Assembly: GCA_040954595.2 (NCBI GenBank)
Contig: CM082594.2
Span: 6,840,840-6,904,839, forward strand
From: Balanoglossus misakiensis
Lineage: Eukaryota; Animalia; Hemichordata
Direction of reading: 5' to 3'
DNA length: 64,000 nucleotides
Position numbers and translations under genes: made by a program. Shown here one piece after another: positions 59,887 to 64,000 of this stretch (its first letter is position 1; each line of letters opens with the position of its first letter). The notes under the pieces were generated by a model that worked only from the letters and a program-made list of their open reading frames with translations, was not told the origin of the DNA and ran no database searches.

Positions 59887-59986
59887 GAACGACGATTGTG
59901 AATGGCCACGACTTTCAAAAGATGACTGCTTATTGGGCAGTTACTGTCATCCTCGTCATGTGACTGGCCAATCATAATCCTCGTTC
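59887..59986 (-). promoter_or_regulatory. Eukaryotic SECIS element (form 2-like)
   Basis: Minus strand: helix I GAACGAGGATTATGATTGGCCA / TGGCCATTCACAATCGTCGTTC (19/22 pairs); A-TGAC core (59959-59955); helix II GAGGATGAC / GTCATCTTT; AA 12 nt after the core (59942-59941); apical mini-stem; TGAA 3' core strand (59917-59914); AATAAA at 59853-59848. Confidence 0.72.
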
Positions 59987-60554
59987 TGAAGCACAAGTTT
60001 TCATCTTGTAGCTCGTCAATAAAACATTGAAAGTAAAACAAAGTCAGTCACAGGTGACACCCACAAGGGCCAACGTGACAATGGCGCAACGATTCAACGT
60101 ACTCCAAATTCAAATATATCACTTGATCTTTAAAACAGATATAGAATATAAGACATGCAGTTGCGTTACAAAGAACCACAAGCATAATGATTGTGGAAGG
60201 CATCCATGAAAAGTTATTGTTTCTTCTGTCATCAATATGACGGGGTTGAAAGTACAAAACTGGGGTCAAAGATCATAATTGCCTGGGATGATCAACTAGA
60301 AAAGAAGTTTAGATATAAAACTTGCAGCATCGAATGAGACATCCCAGTGATCTTGAAATACTGCATCTGACCTTTGACTCGACCTGACTGGTTACAGCCG
60401 TGTGTTTGTACTCCAAACGTCATGATAGAGAGTATATCTTGTCACAAGTCGGTAATTTATGCATTGCTTTAGGTTTTGAAGGGACACAGTCACTGTTTTT
60501 TGACATTAATTTTGAGTATATTCAAAACGGGCATTTCTGTGGAAGTTTAGATCA

Positions 60555-60658
60555 AGCCAATCACAGATTTTTCCTTGGGTGGCCATGCAAAAAATTGCGC
60601 CACCACATGGTCACTACAAGACTTGGCTATGGCCTTTTATCATACAGGCATACTTTAA
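60555..60658. mobile_element. Fragment related to the 4631-4793 element
   Basis: Shares AGCCAATCACAGATTTT, TGGGTGGC, an A-run and GCGCCACCA in the same order, and ends CTTTAA. Confidence 0.5.
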
Positions 60659-60954
60659 TGCAGATTTGAGTCTGGACTATCTCGCTTCTTCAAAAAGATG
60701 TAAATTGAGCCAACACAAATAAACATGAAACAAGAAAGAACCAATAATGTCAAAATCGGCAACTTTGTCCCTCTAGATGAATCGAAAGCATTCTGGTATT
60801 TTGGTTCACTGGTAGGCCTGTAATATCAGTTTTGACACTGCTTATTTTTGGATTGAGGCCACCAGAACAAATCAAAAGCTCTTTATACATTTCAATTAAA
60901 AACAACATAAAAGACATTTTTCATCATGTATAACAGAAATAACCCCTTTCATTT

Positions 60955-61642
60955 TTTATTTCGTCGGCAGTAGGAATGCATGCTTCACTGTAGGCTGGTT
61001 CGAAAGATCCATTCCAGTTCGCAGTCGACGTTCCTTCAGTTGAGAAGTGCGCTCCATATTAACCACACACTGAAAGAAACGAAAGACAAAATACAGTATT
61101 TGTATAGAGGGCGATACTCGTGTGCCAATGAACATTCAAATAAAAAGCCAACAGCAGCAGATAGGGAACATGAAGAGAGGGCAGGGCGAGTAGAACTCAA
61201 CCAAGAATATTCTTGGCAATTAGAATGTTTGTTAGAAAACAGAAAACAAGAACTGGTGAAAAGGGAGATGTATTAGTAGGAGAAAGGTGCAGCACTACTC
61301 TACATTAGAATTTTTATCAGGCATACCTTGCGAGGGGGACATATTTATGCCAAACTGGAATGCTGATAATATCGAACCAATCAACTGAAAATTAAATTAA
61401 AAATAAAGCAATATTATTCGGGTTAACTTAAATAATGATGTAGGTTTGACAGCGGGGGTGGGGGTTGCGTTATGTAAATTCCAGCGTTGCGGGCATAATT
61501 CATTGGGCAGAAACTCGTTCGGCACTTACAGTCTTGGCAAGTTTCCTATTTGGTATATTCACGTAGATGTTTCGACGTGCCACTTGCAATCTAACAGAAA
61601 TGTCTACCCGCAGAGAAGAAACGTTACCCTGATTGTGGTCGA
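60955..61642 (-). other. Possible chain of small exons of an unidentified transcript
   Basis: Segments 61642-61530, 61384-61327 and 61069-~60955 have pyrimidine-rich CAG acceptors, and the first two have gtaagt/gtatgc donors; the translation resembles nothing I recognise. Confidence 0.2.
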
Positions 61643-64000
61643 CTGAAAGAGGTTTCTGGGGTATGCGAGTCGCAGCCAGTCGTGTTAACATGCTGTATTG
61701 CATAAAAATATTCACAAGTCATAACCCATAGCCCGTCTAATATCTTTAACACACACATTACTATAAGAGTTCAACCATTGCAAAGTTTGCGATCTCCGCT
61801 AGGAGACCTTTTGCCCAGACTGAACAGACAACCTGCGCCCATAAATTAGCAAATGTTTTGTCGAAATGTTGGCCAGCTATGTAGAAAACACCAGAAAGGC
61901 CGCATACTTTCAAAGACTGAAATTGTTCCAGACAAACGTGGGGCACTTGCAAGGAACACGATATGCACTTTCACCGCAACTTGCTTGACGGAAAGAAACT
62001 TTTACACACACGGACAACTATTTTACTCTGCGACACTACACTCTGTACCGTTGATTTGTAAAGAATTATTGATCTTCAATCTACAATCCAATTTAGTGAA
62101 TTTTTAGCTTTCTTAACTGCCATAACTTATGTCAAGAAATATTATCTCTCGCATGTTTTCAAGGAACACGATTAAGATATTATTAAGACTGAGTCACCAC
62201 ACCTATCGGATAACGAGCTCCATAACAGATGACGCATCTTGTCACAGAGCTGTAGAAACGGGAGTGGGTAATTTGGAATATTTCAATTATCACTGCCACT
62301 CCTTGCCGTGCCGTGCCACCGAATCGTTCGACACTCTTGTCGGAAATATCATCATCAGAAAAGAAAGTACTTTGAGTAAATTTGTCTTGTTTCAAGTGGT
62401 GTATCAACCACAGTATCTTTGTTGGGCAGCATGATGAATGGACAGAGTTCGACTCATCAACAGGACAGACAGACAGACATACAGGCAGGCAGACAGCAAA
62501 AGGGAGATAGAACGGGGGGATTTAGAAAATGTTCAGAAAATGCAATCGCTCCGGATATGGACTTATGTTACGGTGGAATCTGACAGTCTGGCATGCTCTA
62601 AACACGTGCCTGACGAGTTGTGTCATAAACTGCAAAGACGACTAAACCCGCGGCGCCTGAAATCATAAATTACCCGTGTGTTGCTTACTATACTAGTATA
62701 TTCCAAAATAGATCATATTTATATAGAGGACAGTTTTGCATAGCAGAGATCAGATGGACGGAATTAAAGTTAACAGATACTTCTCAAAAACGGTCAATCC
62801 TGCTGTGGTGTCCTGATGTTGACGTCACAGTATGTTAACACAGCTGCACCGTATATCACACATTGGACCCACGTGTGGTTTAACCGACACCACCGTTGAA
62901 TAGAATGTGCCCGGTGCCCTGCGACCGGATACACCAGAATGTGTGACAGCTGGGAATGAAGTCGAAGTTGTGTCATCTCAATAAAGAGTCCCCCCCCCCC
63001 TAGCTACGATTACACGGACTTGCACCTGCATTGGTCGCCAATAATCACGTTTGCACTGCGAGGGGGGGGGGGACAAATTGTTCCAATTTTAGTGGCAAGC
63101 ATGCGTTGGAAGACATTTAATAATCATTCCAGTACTAAACGTCACATTACTTTGAAGACTGTAAAAATTATGCTTGATTTGCTTGAACTTAGAACTGAGA
63201 CATTCCTTGCGTTGAAATATGGCTGTGCAAATATGCGCTGGGGTAGACAACCAACGCAGTTACCTTTGGGAAAGTGCCAACACTGAAATCGTGTCTCCGG
63301 GGCATGTTAACTGAAGAATGTTGATTTACACATAACACGAGACGTCGAGCCTGGTGTGAAAATATTGAATGGAAAAAAACCCACACGGGGGGATCGGATC
63401 AGAAAAGTACTAGTATTTCGATACATTTGAGCAAGGTATTTTTAACGTAACTGCCCAACAATCCAATACACAAGTCGGCACCGAATTGTGCGCACTATTC
63501 AGCATCCCTTTATGTTCACGTGCCACGTGCGTCTAACATACGACGGCTTTGATGAAAGCGGCCCGCATGTATTATGCAATACACGAAAGCCACGATCATA
63601 ACGTAACTACTTTGTTATTCGTATGTAAGGGCCGTGTTCCTTACCACAATATCCAGTCATGTACACATACACGAAAGGACAATAATGATTTTTTTTTATT
63701 TACGAGATTCATTTGCAACTTTGACAACATTTTAGAAAGTCAAGAGCCAGATTATCAGCACCGACGTCCGTTTTGTTGACACCATTTTTGTATATCAAAT
63801 CTTGAGTGGAATGCCGGGAGGTATCGGAATGTTGCGCCATTAAAATGCCGATCGAAAATATCAATATCTGCGTCATCAAATATGTCCCTTAAAATAGTCT
63901 ATCGAAATGGGAACAGAACTGTTCAACGGCCGGCATTCTAGTCATCACTAACAATCAACTTGTACTTCCAAACTGGCGACAAAGCCGTATGCAGCTGTCC

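Noticed and set aside
60378-60423. Second minus-strand AUGA-AA-GA pattern (ATGAC GTTTGGAGTAC AAA ... CGAG), which would suggest a two-SECIS SELENOP-type UTR
   Set aside because: The spacing fits, but helix II is mostly G.U pairs with mismatches and helix I is poor; no Sec-rich frame was found nearby.
62200-63660. CxxU motifs from reading TGA as Sec (spliced MTGYC|ALUQDAS..., and CSLU near 62625)
   Set aside because: The products are very short and lack thioredoxin-like context; such motifs arise easily by chance.

Overview
Gene-dense, intron-rich animal genomic DNA, most likely a marine invertebrate; the species cannot be fixed from sequence alone. Splicing exons by hand gives ten protein-coding genes: the 5' end of a protogenin-like Ig receptor (-), a strongly divergent SLC1/EAAT-family transporter (+), two tandem lifeguard/TMBIM paralogues (-), a small Nop6-like RRM protein (+), uridine phosphorylase (+), cyclin T (-), KANSL2 (+), Abl-interactor (+), ARMC8 (-) and DBR1 (+). 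Counting both TMBIM copies, that is ten complete genes plus the partial Ig gene. Short TTAA-flanked MITE-like repeats and microsatellites are also present. The most notable observations are: (1) a canonical-looking SECIS hairpin on the minus strand at 59887-59986 with no recognisable selenoprotein CDS in the 4 kb upstream; (2) an SLC1 protein whose Na+/H+/K+ coupling residues are replaced (NMD->KGD, Na1 Asp->His, Glu->Ile) while the TM8 substrate residues are kept; (3) U12-type introns in the adjacent cyclin T and KANSL2 genes and a GC-AG intron in DBR1; (4) gene neighbourhoods that match my recollection of human ones. All exon models and alignments were made by eye; no search or folding program was run.
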